A program made the position numbers and the translations under genes. From a bacterium (GTDB taxonomy: Bacteria; Acidobacteriota; Blastocatellia; HR10), in the NCBI GenBank assembly GCA_041640655.1, contig JBEPZV010000001.1:154845-218844 (forward strand): a DNA stretch of 64,000 bases, written 5' to 3'. The notes beneath the pieces are model-generated. The model worked only from the letters and a program-made list of their open reading frames with translations. It was not told the DNA's origin and did no database searches. Shown here in pieces: positions 39,290 to 49,391 of this stretch; the stretch's first letter is position 1; each line of letters starts with the position of its first letter.

Positions 39290-40266
39290 CCATCGAAGTG
39301 ATGCGGAAAGTGGACACGCTCATCGGGGATAAAACGGGCACGCTGACGGAGGGCAAGCCCAAACTCGTCACGGTGGTTCCCGCAGAAGGCTGGGACGAGC
39401 GGACGGTGCTGCGACTGGCCGCCAGCTTGGAGCGCGGCAGCGAGCATCCACTGGCGGCAGCCATCGTCGCGGGAGCGCGCGAGCGGGCGGTTGAGCTGAC
39501 CGACGCGGAGTCCTTTGAATCAGTCCCGGGCAAGGGCGTGAAGGGTCGAGTTGACGGTTGTGCCGTCAGTTTGGGCAATCACAAGCTGCTCGGCGATCTC
39601 GGGATTGATCCGGACGATCTGACGACGACAGCGGAGGCCTTGCGGGCCGACGGTCAAACGGTGATGTTCCTGGCGGTAGAAGGCGCGGTGGCCGGTCTGC
39701 TCGGTGTGACTGACCCGATCAAGGCGACGACGCCGGAGGCTATTCGGCAGCTTCACGACGAAGGCATCCGCATCGTCATGGTCACCGGCGACAATCATAC
39801 GACGGCACAGGCGGTCGCCGGGAAGCTCAATATTGACGAGGTGGTCGCCGAAGTCCTGCCCGACCAGAAGGTCGAAGTGGTCAAGAAGCTCCAGGCCGAA
39901 GGCCGAATTGTGGCGATGGCCGGGGATGGCATCAACGATGCTCCGGCGTTGGCTCAAGCTCACGTGGGGATTGCCATGGGCACGGGCACGGATGTGGCGA
40001 TGGAGAGCGCGGGAGTGACATTGGTCAAGGGAGACCTCCGGGGCATTGTCCGGGCGCGGCGTCTGAGCCGGGCGACCATGCGCAACATCAAAGAGAACCT
40101 TTTCTTCGCCTTCATCTACAGCTTGCTCGGCGTGCCGATTGCGGCCGGAGTGCTCTATCCGTTCTTCGGCATCCTGCTCAGTCCGATCATCGCGGCGGCG
40201 GCGATGAGCTTCAGTTCGGTGTCTGTAGTGGGCAACGCGCTGCGGCTGCGGCGGGTGCGCTTATAA
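39290..40266 (+). pseudogene. heavy-metal P-type ATPase, 5'-truncated (C-terminal half only)
   Basis: Homology starts at the phosphorylation motif DKTGTLT and continues through [10 protein letters not shown] and the C-terminal TMs. No N-terminal metal-binding, TM or actuator domains; the first ~40 codons of ORF 39166 are unrelated. Confidence 0.7.
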
Positions 40267-40291
40267 AAGGATTGTGCGATAGGGGTACGGT

Positions 40292-40660
40292 GTGGTAATC
40301 TTATCATCTATGATCCGAGTGGCGGTGGTCATTATCCTGCTCTTGATTCCGGCAACCGATTTGCTGACGCCGGGACTCTGCCCCGAGGATCTCCAAGGGA
40401 CGCCGATGCTGGCGATGGTCAACCAAAGCTGTGCAAGCCAGAGCGTCACTTCAACTACGCTCGCTGAACAACAGCAACATCCTCACCACTCGAATTCTCC
40501 TCCGGAAGATGAATGTTTTTGCTGCTGCCATCATGTTGTGCTGCAATTGATCTTTGTTCCTCCAAACCATGAAACTTCCGTCAAAGTAATCCCAGAGGCG
40601 GTTGAAGATTTGGTGTCACCCACGGGCGACCCACCCTATCATCCCCCCCGCTTCTCCTAA
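40292..40660 (+). CDS. small secreted Cys/His-rich hypothetical protein
   Basis: Hydrophobic N-terminus; HPHHS and ECFCCCHH clusters suggest metal binding; no recognised family. Confidence 0.3.
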   Translation: MVILSSMIRVAVVIILLLIPATDLLTPGLCPEDLQGTPMLAMVNQSCASQSVTSTTLAEQQQHPHHSNSPPEDECFCCCHHVVLQLIFVPPNHETSVKVIPEAVEDLVSPTGDPPYHPPRFS

Positions 40661-40839
40661 TCTCGCTGCTCAACACTCGACAACTGTTCACCCTGCTGCG
40701 ATAAGCAGCGGTGCGTGAATCCATTTAACGGAGGTGTGCTCTGGGCATGGCGCCCTTCATCCATCGAATGAAGGAAGCGCCGGGCTGCCTCCGGCGATGG
40801 CCGAGCAACCCGCTCGGTGAGCAGAATGACGAGGTGAGT

Positions 40840-42240
40840 ATGAAACTCAAATCATTCAGAAAATTTGTTCGCATGGCATTCGTTTTCTGTCTGATCATTC
40901 GGCTGGTTGCGCTTCATGTTTGGGCGCAATCTCAGTCGGTTAGCCAGACACCGGATCAAGAAACTTTGGATTTTTCAGTGCGCCCGAACATAACCGTTTC
41001 TTTCACGAAGTATGTTGATCCTGTCCAGGGCACCGGCGTGGAAGAACTGGTGCAAAGGGCGCTCACGCGGAACGCCGAATTGCTGGCCGCTCGCCAACGA
41101 GCGACCGAAGCGCAAGGACTCCTTCTTCAAGCTGGATTCCGCCCCAATCCCGGATTTGAAGTCAGCATGACCAATGGCTCTATCCTGGGCAGCCGAGGCG
41201 AGCGCGAACTGACGCTCGGCTACGCCCATACATTTGAACTGGGTGGGAAACGGGAGCGCCGAGTTGAAGTGGCTCAGATCGGGTTGGAACTCGCTCAGCT
41301 TGAAATCGCTGACCGTGAGCGTCAACTGAAAGCAGACATCAAAGCCCGTTATGGCGAAGCGCTGGCGGCGGTGCGGAATCTGGAAATCGCCGAGCGATTG
41401 TTGCAACTGAATCAGCAAGTCTATCACCTGACCCAAGCGCGCGTGCGCGAAGGCGAAGCCGCACCGGTTGAACAAGGACTGCTCCAGGTGGAGGTCGGTC
41501 GTATCGAGTCAGATCGGCTGCTGTTTGAGAATCAGGTCGCCCGCGCCATCCTGGAGTTAAAGACGCTCGCGGGAATGAGTCTGGACGAACCACTTCGGCT
41601 GAGGGGCGATCTGAGCACGCCGCCGGTCACGATCTCGCTTGTCGAGGCGATCGAGCGGGCGCTCAGCGAACGACCTGATCTGAAAATCGCTCGTCTGGAA
41701 GAAAACCTCGGAGAGGCCGAAGTTCGGCTGGCCCGCGCCGAAGCTACTCCCAATCTGATCGGCTTTGCCCGCTACACGCGGGTCAACTCGCGCTTCGATC
41801 AGTTTGGGCTGAGGGGAGCAGGAGGACTTGTTCCGATCCGGGATACGGATAATTTGTTCACTGCCGGTGTGTCCATCACACTGCCTACACGCAACCGCAA
41901 TCAAGGTAACATTCAAGCCGCCATTGCCCGACGAGAAGCGGCGCGGTTGCGCCGGCAGTTTATTGAACAGGTCGTGCGGCGCGAAGTCCAGGCGGCTTAC
42001 AGCCGGTATGAGACGGCGCGCCGGGCACTGGAGATTTTCGATCAAAGAGTCATTGGGCAGGCCCAGGATAATCTGCGCATCATTCGGGCCGCCTACAGCC
42101 TCGGCGAATTGCGCATCTTTGACGTGATCAATGAGCAACGGCGGTTGATTGATACGCAGAAAGCGTACACCGAGGTACTCAAGGAATACTACCTGGCGCT
42201 GGTGGAGCTCGAGCGCGCCGTTGGAGCACCGATCAGGTAA
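40840..42240 (+). CDS. outer-membrane efflux protein (TolC/CzcC family)
   Basis: Signal peptide, two OEP-type repeats, coiled-coil alpha-barrel regions; first gene of a CBA efflux operon. Confidence 0.8.
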   Translation: MKLKSFRKFVRMAFVFCLIIRLVALHVWAQSQSVSQTPDQETLDFSVRPNITVSFTKYVDPVQGTGVEELVQRALTRNAELLAARQRATEAQGLLLQAGFRPNPGFEVSMTNGSILGSRGERELTLGYAHTFELGGKRERRVEVAQIGLELAQLEIADRERQLKADIKARYGEALAAVRNLEIAERLLQLNQQVYHLTQARVREGEAAPVEQGLLQVEVGRIESDRLLFENQVARAILELKTLAGMSLDEPLRLRGDLSTPPVTISLVEAIERALSERPDLKIARLEENLGEAEVRLARAEATPNLIGFARYTRVNSRFDQFGLRGAGGLVPIRDTDNLFTAGVSITLPTRNRNQGNIQAAIARREAARLRRQFIEQVVRREVQAAYSRYETARRALEIFDQRVIGQAQDNLRIIRAAYSLGELRIFDVINEQRRLIDTQKAYTEVLKEYYLALVELERAVGAPIR

Positions 42241-42252
42241 AAGGAGGTTCAG

Positions 42253-43560
42253 ATGAAGAGCGAGAAAGTTTCAAAAATCAAAACGTGGATGGAAGGGAGG
42301 AGCAAAACCCGGACGATGGTCATTCTTTGGGTGGTATTTCTCCTGATCGTGATCGTTGCCAGAGTGTGGTGGAGCTCACATCAGTCGGACATAAACGACG
42401 AAGCGAGCGGTCGTGAGGAAACCTTGGAAGCGGCTGCTCCAAATGTGGTGACGCTCGACGCTGCCGCTCAGCGCAACATTGGTCTGAGGGTGGAAGCCGC
42501 GCAGATCAGGACCATCGTGCAAACGATTCAAACGACCGGTGTCGTCGGCCCGAACGAGACGCGGGTGGCGCATATTCGTCCGCTGGCGCGGGGTCGGATC
42601 GAGAAGGTCTACGTGCGGCTGGGCGACCGCGTGCGCGCCGGGCAGCCGCTGGTCGCCTATGACAATATCGAACTCGGCGAATTGATCGGGGAGTATCTGA
42701 GTGCGGTGGCCGCGCTGGAGAAGGCGAATGCGGAGGCTGAAGTGGCGAAACGTTCACTCGAGAGGGCGCAAAATCTGGTCGAACTCGGGGCCATCGCGAG
42801 AGCCGAATATGAGAGGCGAAATGCGGAGTACAAAAACGCGCTGGCTGCAATCAACAGCCAGAAGGCCGAGATCGCCAAGATCGAGGAGAAACTGCATCGC
42901 TTTGGGCTCACTGATGCAGATATCGCGCAAGTTACCAACCTGCGCCACACGCCATTTCACCGGGAAGCCTCCCACAGCGTCCTGCGCGCTCCCTTCGATG
43001 GCGTCGTGATCAAGTCCGATGTGGCCGAAGGCGAGGTGGTGGAAACGGACCGCGAACTCTTCACGATCGCTGATCTCTCAACTGTCTGGGTGCAGGCGGA
43101 TGTCTATGAAAAGGACATCGCCTCGATCCGCGAAGGTCAGGAGGTGAAGGTTCTTGTGGATGCTTATCCAGGCGAAACGTTCGTCGGGAAGATCACCTAC
43201 GTGAGCGATTTTCTTGATCCGAAGACGCGCACGGCCAAAGTCCGCTGTGAAGTGCCCAACCCCGATGGTCGGCTGAAACTGGAGATGTTTGCCACGATTC
43301 AAATTCCTACGCCGATAGGCCGAGAAGCGGTGATGATTCCCACGGCGGCAGTTCAGCAGATTGATGACAAGCCAGTTGTGTTTGTGAAAACCGGCGACAC
43401 ACAGTTTCAAAAACGCGATGTTCAACTTGGGAATCAAAGTGATGGTTGGGTTGAGGTCAAGAGCGGGTTGAAAGCGGGCGAGGTCGTGGTGACGCAAGGA
43501 AGCTTTTACTTGAAATCCATGCTACTGCGAGAGCAGATCGGTGGGGAGGAGGGGCACTGA
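42253..43560 (+). CDS. efflux RND periplasmic adaptor (CzcB/CusB, HlyD family)
   Basis: N-terminal TM, coiled-coil hairpin, beta-barrel and MP domains; AAGGAGG ribosome-binding site. Confidence 0.85.
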   Translation: MKSEKVSKIKTWMEGRSKTRTMVILWVVFLLIVIVARVWWSSHQSDINDEASGREETLEAAAPNVVTLDAAAQRNIGLRVEAAQIRTIVQTIQTTGVVGPNETRVAHIRPLARGRIEKVYVRLGDRVRAGQPLVAYDNIELGELIGEYLSAVAALEKANAEAEVAKRSLERAQNLVELGAIARAEYERRNAEYKNALAAINSQKAEIAKIEEKLHRFGLTDADIAQVTNLRHTPFHREASHSVLRAPFDGVVIKSDVAEGEVVETDRELFTIADLSTVWVQADVYEKDIASIREGQEVKVLVDAYPGETFVGKITYVSDFLDPKTRTAKVRCEVPNPDGRLKLEMFATIQIPTPIGREAVMIPTAAVQQIDDKPVVFVKTGDTQFQKRDVQLGNQSDGWVEVKSGLKAGEVVVTQGSFYLKSMLLREQIGGEEGH

Positions 43561-43562
43561 CC

Positions 43563-46500
43563 ATGCATCGGATCATTGAACTCTCACTCAAGTATCGCTT
43601 TTTGGTCATCGTGCTCACGCTGCTGATGATTGGTGTCGGCATCTATAACTTGCGGCGGCTGCCCATTGATGCCGTGCCCGACATCACACCCAATCAGGTG
43701 TTAATCCTGACGCGCGCGCCCGGTCTTGGGCCGGTCGAGGTCGAACGCTTCATCACCTTTCCCGTCGAAACAGCGATGAGCGGACTGCCCGGCGTTACCG
43801 AGATTCGCTCTATCTCTCGCTTTGGACTCTCCGTAGTTTATGTCTTCTTTGAGGAGTCCATGGACATCTACTTCGCACGGCGTCTGGTAATGGAACGGCT
43901 GCCGCAGGCGCGGGAGATGATACCGCCAGGCTTCGGCAGCCCTGAGATGGGGCCGATATCGACGGGCCTGGGCGAAATCTATCAGTTCGAGGTGAGGGGA
44001 GAGGGCTATTCGCTGATGGAGCTGCGCTCAATCCTGGAATGGGATATTGCGTTCAAACTCCGTTCGGTGCCCGGCGTCGTCGAGGTCAATACATACGGCG
44101 GCGAACTGAAGACCTATGAGGTGCAGCTCGATGCCAACAAGCTCGTCGGTTACAACATCTCGCTTGAACAAGTGATGGAGGCGCTGGAGCGTAACAACTT
44201 CTCGACCGGCGGCGCCTACATTGAACACAATCAAGAACAACAGGTCATACGGGGAGAAGGGCTTGTTGAAAATCTTCAGGACATCGAGAACATCGTGGTG
44301 GCGGCCACTCCGGAAGGCGTCCCGATTTACATTAAGAACATCGGGAAGGTTGCTTTCGCTCCGCGGGTGCGCCAGGGTGCAGTAACTCGTGATGGTCGAG
44401 GCGAAGTAGTCACCGGCGTGGTAATGATGCTCACCGGCGAGAACTCGCGGGTCGTAGTCCAGCGGGTAAAAGAGAGACTTGAGGAGATCAAGAAATCGCT
44501 GCCGCCGGGCGTGGTTCTTGACGGCTACTATGATCGCACCGATTTGGTACGCAAGACCATTAACACTGTCACCAAGAATCTCACCGAAGGCGCGTTATTG
44601 GTGATTGCCGTGTTGCTTTTGCTGCTGGGCAATCTGCGCGGCGGCCTGATCGTGGCCTCGGCCATCCCGCTCTCGATGCTGGTGGCATTCACCGGCATGA
44701 TGTACGCCAAGTTGTCAGGCAACCTGATGAGCCTCGGGGCAATTGATTTCGGACTCATCGTTGATGGATCGGTGGTGATGATTGAAAACATCGTGCGGAA
44801 GCTGGCGGAGCGGAATAAAGAGAATCCAGGGGATCCCATGGCGGCCATCTTGGAGGCGGGGCGTGAGGTCGCGCGGCCCGTCTTCTTCGCCGTGGGCATT
44901 ATCATCATCGTCTACCTGCCCATTCTCACCCTACAGGGCGTGGAAGGCAAGATGTTTCGGCCAATGGCGTTGACGGTGATCTTTGCGCTCTGCGCCGCGC
45001 TGGTGTTGTCGCTCACGTTGATGCCGGTGCTCGCCTCGATCGTCTTCCGGCGCGGGGTAGAAGAGCATGAGACCTGGGTCATTCGCAAGGTGAAACAGGC
45101 GTATCTGCCGATTCTGAGGAAAGCCGTTGATCACCCTCGCCTCACGGTATCCATAGCCGCTACGATCTTCCTGCTGAGCGTGGTTGTGGCCTTGACGATG
45201 GGGGCGGAGTTCATTCCCCGTCTGGATGAAGGAGTCATCGCCCTGCAAGCGTGGCGGCTGCCGAGCGTGGCGCTCTCGGAAGCAGTCAAGAATACAACTC
45301 TGATCGAAAAGACGTTGAAACAATTTCCTGAAGTCACATCCGTTATCTCCCGGACCGGACAAGCGGAGATTCCCACCGACCCGATGGGGGTTGAGGTCAG
45401 TGACATTTACGTACTGCTCAAACCTCGCGACGAATGGACGACGGCCAAGACCCGTGAGGAGTTGATTAAAAAAATAGATCGGGCTTTGAAAGAAAACGTA
45501 CCGGGCACGATCTTCAGCTACTCCCAGCCGATTGAACTCCGGATGCAAGAGCTGATTGCCGGTGTGCGCTCCGACATCGCTATCAAGCTCTATGGCGATG
45601 ACCTGGAGGTGCTGAAACAGAAAGCCGACGAGATCGTGCGGGTGATCTCACGAATTCCCGGCGCGGCTGACACCAAGGCCGAGCAAGTGGCTGGGCTGCC
45701 GTTCTTACGCATTCGCATCAACCGCGAGGCCATCGCCCGCTATGGCATCAACGCCGCACAAATTCTCGATGTGGTGGAGGCGATGGGCGGCAAGATCGTC
45801 GGGCAAGTCCTCGAAGGCCAGCGCCGCTTTTTCTTGCAAGTGCGATTTCAAGAGAGCGACCGACAAGACGTGGAGCAAATCAAGAACATCAAAGTGGCTG
45901 ACCCGCAAGGGCGACTCATTCCCATCAGCCAACTGGCTGACGTGTGGGTTGAACAAGGCCCGGCGCAGATCAGCCGGGAGAACCTTCACCGGCGCATCAC
46001 AGTCGAGACGAACGTTCGCGGGCGAGACATTGCCAGTTTTGTCGCTGAGGCCCGGCGAGCCATTGAGCAAAAGGTTAAACTACCACCCGGCTACTGGCTG
46101 GAGTGGGGCGGCCAGTTTGAGAACTTGCAGCGGGCCAGCGCGCGGCTCGCCCTTGTCGTGCCGCTGGCGCTCTTTCTCATCTTCGTCTTGCTCTACACGA
46201 CCTTTAACTCAGCACGGCTCGCCGCGCTCATCTTCATCAACGTCCCAATGGCGGCAACGGGTGGCGTCTTCGCGCTGTTTGTGCGCGGCATGCCGTTCAG
46301 CATCTCGGCAGGCGTTGGATTCATTGCGCTGTTCGGCGTCGCTGTGCTCAACGGCGTCGTGCTCGTCAGTTACATCAAGAAGATGCGAGAGGAAGGCGCA
46401 CCACCCATCGAAGCGGCAATGAAAGCCGCCGAGATTCGCCTTCGTCCGGTGCTGATGACAGCACTTGTGGCCAGTCTGGGGTTCGTGCCAATGGCGCTCT

Positions 46501-46643
46501 CAACGAGCGCCGGGGCCGAAGTGCAACGACCGCTGGCGACGGTGGTCATCGGCGGACTCATCACCTCGACCTTGCTCACCTTGCTCGTCTTGCCAGCGAT
46601 CTATCGCTGGTTTGAGAAAGAGCGGCCTGAGGTGGAGATTTGA
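43563..46643 (+). CDS. heavy-metal efflux RND transporter (CzcA/CusA family)
   Basis: 1026 aa, 12-TM HME-RND architecture with two large periplasmic loops. Confidence 0.9.
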   Translation: MHRIIELSLKYRFLVIVLTLLMIGVGIYNLRRLPIDAVPDITPNQVLILTRAPGLGPVEVERFITFPVETAMSGLPGVTEIRSISRFGLSVVYVFFEESMDIYFARRLVMERLPQAREMIPPGFGSPEMGPISTGLGEIYQFEVRGEGYSLMELRSILEWDIAFKLRSVPGVVEVNTYGGELKTYEVQLDANKLVGYNISLEQVMEALERNNFSTGGAYIEHNQEQQVIRGEGLVENLQDIENIVVAATPEGVPIYIKNIGKVAFAPRVRQGAVTRDGRGEVVTGVVMMLTGENSRVVVQRVKERLEEIKKSLPPGVVLDGYYDRTDLVRKTINTVTKNLTEGALLVIAVLLLLLGNLRGGLIVASAIPLSMLVAFTGMMYAKLSGNLMSLGAIDFGLIVDGSVVMIENIVRKLAERNKENPGDPMAAILEAGREVARPVFFAVGIIIIVYLPILTLQGVEGKMFRPMALTVIFALCAALVLSLTLMPVLASIVFRRGVEEHETWVIRKVKQAYLPILRKAVDHPRLTVSIAATIFLLSVVVALTMGAEFIPRLDEGVIALQAWRLPSVALSEAVKNTTLIEKTLKQFPEVTSVISRTGQAEIPTDPMGVEVSDIYVLLKPRDEWTTAKTREELIKKIDRALKENVPGTIFSYSQPIELRMQELIAGVRSDIAIKLYGDDLEVLKQKADEIVRVISRIPGAADTKAEQVAGLPFLRIRINREAIARYGINAAQILDVVEAMGGKIVGQVLEGQRRFFLQVRFQESDRQDVEQIKNIKVADPQGRLIPISQLADVWVEQGPAQISRENLHRRITVETNVRGRDIASFVAEARRAIEQKVKLPPGYWLEWGGQFENLQRASARLALVVPLALFLIFVLLYTTFNSARLAALIFINVPMAATGGVFALFVRGMPFSISAGVGFIALFGVAVLNGVVLVSYIKKMREEGAPPIEAAMKAAEIRLRPVLMTALVASLGFVPMALSTSAGAEVQRPLATVVIGGLITSTLLTLLVLPAIYRWFEKERPEVEI

Positions 46644-46680
46644 TGCTATGAAGTGAAACCATAAAAGGAGAGATTCGATT

Positions 46681-47685
46681 ATGAGACCAGATAGAAGAAC
46701 CTTTCTAAAATGGAGTATTTCGGGGACCACGTTTTTCGCCGCAGCCTCTTTGCTTGATTTACGTGGAGACCGAGCGGCGGCTGTCGTAGGAACCCTGAGC
46801 GAAGCTCATGCAAGCGCCAGGCGCCCCTTGTTTGTTGCCCCGCAACGCGAATTCGTTCTTCGTGTGCGTGAGGGATTCCGCCGGATGGTGGATGGCCGCA
46901 GCCTCTACGCGTGGGGATATACAGATGAGAGTGGTGTGATTCAAGGCGTCGGACCGCCGCTCACGGTTCGTGAGGGTGAGCGAATCACAGTGACGCTGGT
47001 GAATGAGGGCCGCGATGGGCATAGCTTCCATATCAAGGACATTCTCTCAGATCAAACGGTGGTTCCGCCGGGAGGGCAACATACGTATGAGTTCATGGCT
47101 CCGCTGGCGGGGACTTACCTCTACTACGATTCGGCCAATGATCCGCTTGGTCGGGCGCTGGGGCTGTGCGGCGCATTGGTGGCGTTGCCTGCTGATGGCC
47201 GTCAGACAGCGTGGACTGGCGGCCCGGCGTTCGATCAGCAATTCCTCTGGGTGCTCAGCGAGCTGGATGAGCGATGGAACGTGGCCCGGCAAAACGCCCA
47301 ACCGGTCGACCTGCGGGACTATCGGCCCAACTATTTCTTCATCAATGGCCGGAGTTTCCCCGAGACCATGTCTGATCCAAACGCGATGATGGCAGGTCGC
47401 GTCGGGCAGACCGTTTTGATCCGCACCGTCAACGGCGGACTCATCTCGCACGCGATGCACTTTCACGGGTATCACTTCAGAATCATCGCCCGAAATGGGC
47501 AGCCGCAAGCTGCGTTCATCGAGAAAGATACTTTCGTCGTCTATCCCGGCGAAACGATGGACGTGCTCGTCACACTCGACCAGCCGGGCCGATACCCGGT
47601 GCATGATCACTCGCTGATGGCGGTGACCGCCAATGGCGTTTATCCCAACGGCATGATGGCCGAATTTGATGTGAGGGAGGCGTAA
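46681..47685 (+). CDS. multicopper-oxidase-family cupredoxin protein, TAT signal
   Basis: RRTFLKW TAT motif; HxH copper motifs (HSFH, HFHGYH, HDH). Confidence 0.7.
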   Translation: MRPDRRTFLKWSISGTTFFAAASLLDLRGDRAAAVVGTLSEAHASARRPLFVAPQREFVLRVREGFRRMVDGRSLYAWGYTDESGVIQGVGPPLTVREGERITVTLVNEGRDGHSFHIKDILSDQTVVPPGGQHTYEFMAPLAGTYLYYDSANDPLGRALGLCGALVALPADGRQTAWTGGPAFDQQFLWVLSELDERWNVARQNAQPVDLRDYRPNYFFINGRSFPETMSDPNAMMAGRVGQTVLIRTVNGGLISHAMHFHGYHFRIIARNGQPQAAFIEKDTFVVYPGETMDVLVTLDQPGRYPVHDHSLMAVTANGVYPNGMMAEFDVREA

Positions 47686-47687
47686 CG

Positions 47688-48569
47688 ATGGCAATTCGAG
47701 ATTTCACACTCTTTGCTGGTTTCGGTAGCACGACGATGCCCGACGGAAACACGTTTCCGGTTTGGGGCTTCTCCACCACGCCTGGACGGGTAGTCGTTCC
47801 TGCTCCCACGCTCACGGTGAACGAAGGCGACTGGGTCAGGCTCACGCTGCGCAACATGACGATGATGGAACACACCATTCATCCCCACGGCCTCGATGTT
47901 GACACACTCAACGACGGAGTTCCCCACACTTCCTTCACCGTGCCGCCCATGGGCAGTTACACCTATCAGTTCACGGCCAGGCACGCCGGAACGTATGCTT
48001 ATCATTGTCACGTCAACACCGTGCTTCATCAGCAGATGGGGATGTATGGCGCGTTCATTGTGATGCCTGCTGATGGAAGTCAGCGGGCATGGACGGGCGG
48101 GCCTGCGTTTGACAAGCAATACGTTTGGGTGCTGAGCGAATTCGATAGCGCGTGGCATCGAGCGGCGGGCATGATGGGTGGTCCTCCCGTGGGCAACGTC
48201 AATTTCGCTTCCTACAATCCCGACTACTTTCTTATAAACGGCAAGGCTGATCCGGAGACGCTCAGCGACGCGTCGACGGCCATCGTCGCGGATCGAGGCC
48301 AACGGGTGCTCGTCCGGTTGATCAACATGGGGTACTTAAACCAACGAGTCTCGCTTGGCGCATTGCTGTTTCGAGTGATCGCCTCCGATGGCCGACCTCT
48401 GCCGCGAAGTTATGAAGCGAGCCGTATCGTTCTCGCTCCGGGTGAGCGATATGATGTTCTTGTGGCGGTGCCTCAAGAGCCAGGCGTGCATACAGCGCAG
48501 GTGGATTATCTGTCGCTGTACGACGGCTCAGTCTTAGGAGTAGCCAGAACCCAGATTCGGGTCGCGTGA
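47688..48569 (+). CDS. multicopper-oxidase-family protein (paralog, no signal peptide)
   Basis: HPHGLDV and HCHVNTVLHQQM (type-1/trinuclear Cu ligands); shares AWTGGPAFD block with upstream paralog. Confidence 0.7.
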   Translation: MAIRDFTLFAGFGSTTMPDGNTFPVWGFSTTPGRVVVPAPTLTVNEGDWVRLTLRNMTMMEHTIHPHGLDVDTLNDGVPHTSFTVPPMGSYTYQFTARHAGTYAYHCHVNTVLHQQMGMYGAFIVMPADGSQRAWTGGPAFDKQYVWVLSEFDSAWHRAAGMMGGPPVGNVNFASYNPDYFLINGKADPETLSDASTAIVADRGQRVLVRLINMGYLNQRVSLGALLFRVIASDGRPLPRSYEASRIVLAPGERYDVLVAVPQEPGVHTAQVDYLSLYDGSVLGVARTQIRVA

Positions 48570-48595
48570 CGCGGCTCGACAGAAGAGGTGAAACC

Positions 48596-48937
48596 ATGAA
48601 AGAAATCAAAGCGATCATTCAACCGTTCATGCTCTCGAAGGTGATTAACGCCTTGAAAGAGCTGGAAGGATTGCCCGGTCTGACTGTCTCTGAGGTGAAA
48701 GGCTTTGGAAAAAGTCAGGCGGAGGATGCGGAACACAAGATCGTTGAAGACTTCGTCGGGTATGTCAAGAAAGCCAAGCTGGAGATCGTCGTCCCCGATC
48801 ATCTGGTCGGAGCGGTCGCTGAGATCATCCAGACGCACGCACACACAGGCAATCCGGGCGACGGGAAAATCTTCATCTCGACAGTGGATGATGTGATTAA
48901 GATCCGCACCGGCGAACGAGGTGAAGGAGCGATCTAG
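48596..48937 (+). CDS. P-II family signal-transduction protein (GlnB-like)
   Basis: MKEIKAIIQPF...TVSEVKGFG...IVV...TG..GDGKIFI matches the PII fold; located in the metal efflux operon. Confidence 0.7.
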   Translation: MKEIKAIIQPFMLSKVINALKELEGLPGLTVSEVKGFGKSQAEDAEHKIVEDFVGYVKKAKLEIVVPDHLVGAVAEIIQTHAHTGNPGDGKIFISTVDDVIKIRTGERGEGAI

Positions 48938-48999
48938 AACATGTGAAAGCGAGCAAGCTCTTGCGCGGCAGGTAACAGCCAACCCAAAGGAGGACAACG

Positions 49000-49386
49000 A
49001 TGAACGCATTTGAGCGAACAGTCACAACTGACAAATCGTTTGAAGAGGCCGTTGCGGCCATTGAGCAGAAGGCCGCTGAGAAGGGTTTCCGGGTGCTGCA
49101 CACGCACGATGTGGCGGCGACGTTGGCGGAAAAGGGCTTCCCACGCGAGCCCCTGAAGATTATTGAAATCTGCAACGCCAAGTACGCGAGCCAGGTGCTC
49201 AACAGGGATGTGAAGATTTCCCTCATGCTCCCCTGCCCGATCAGTGTGTATGTCGAAGGCGGCCAGACGCACATCAGCACGCTGCTCCCGACTTCGATTG
49301 TGCAGTTCTTTCCCCACGCCGGGATTGAGGATCTCGCGTCGGAGGTGGAGAGCATTGTGCTCCGGATTATAGAAGAGGCGCGTTGA
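49000..49386 (+). CDS. DUF302 domain protein
   Basis: 128 aa; family commonly found beside metal-resistance genes. Confidence 0.55.
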   Translation: MNAFERTVTTDKSFEEAVAAIEQKAAEKGFRVLHTHDVAATLAEKGFPREPLKIIEICNAKYASQVLNRDVKISLMLPCPISVYVEGGQTHISTLLPTSIVQFFPHAGIEDLASEVESIVLRIIEEAR

Positions 49387-49391
49387 GGAAA

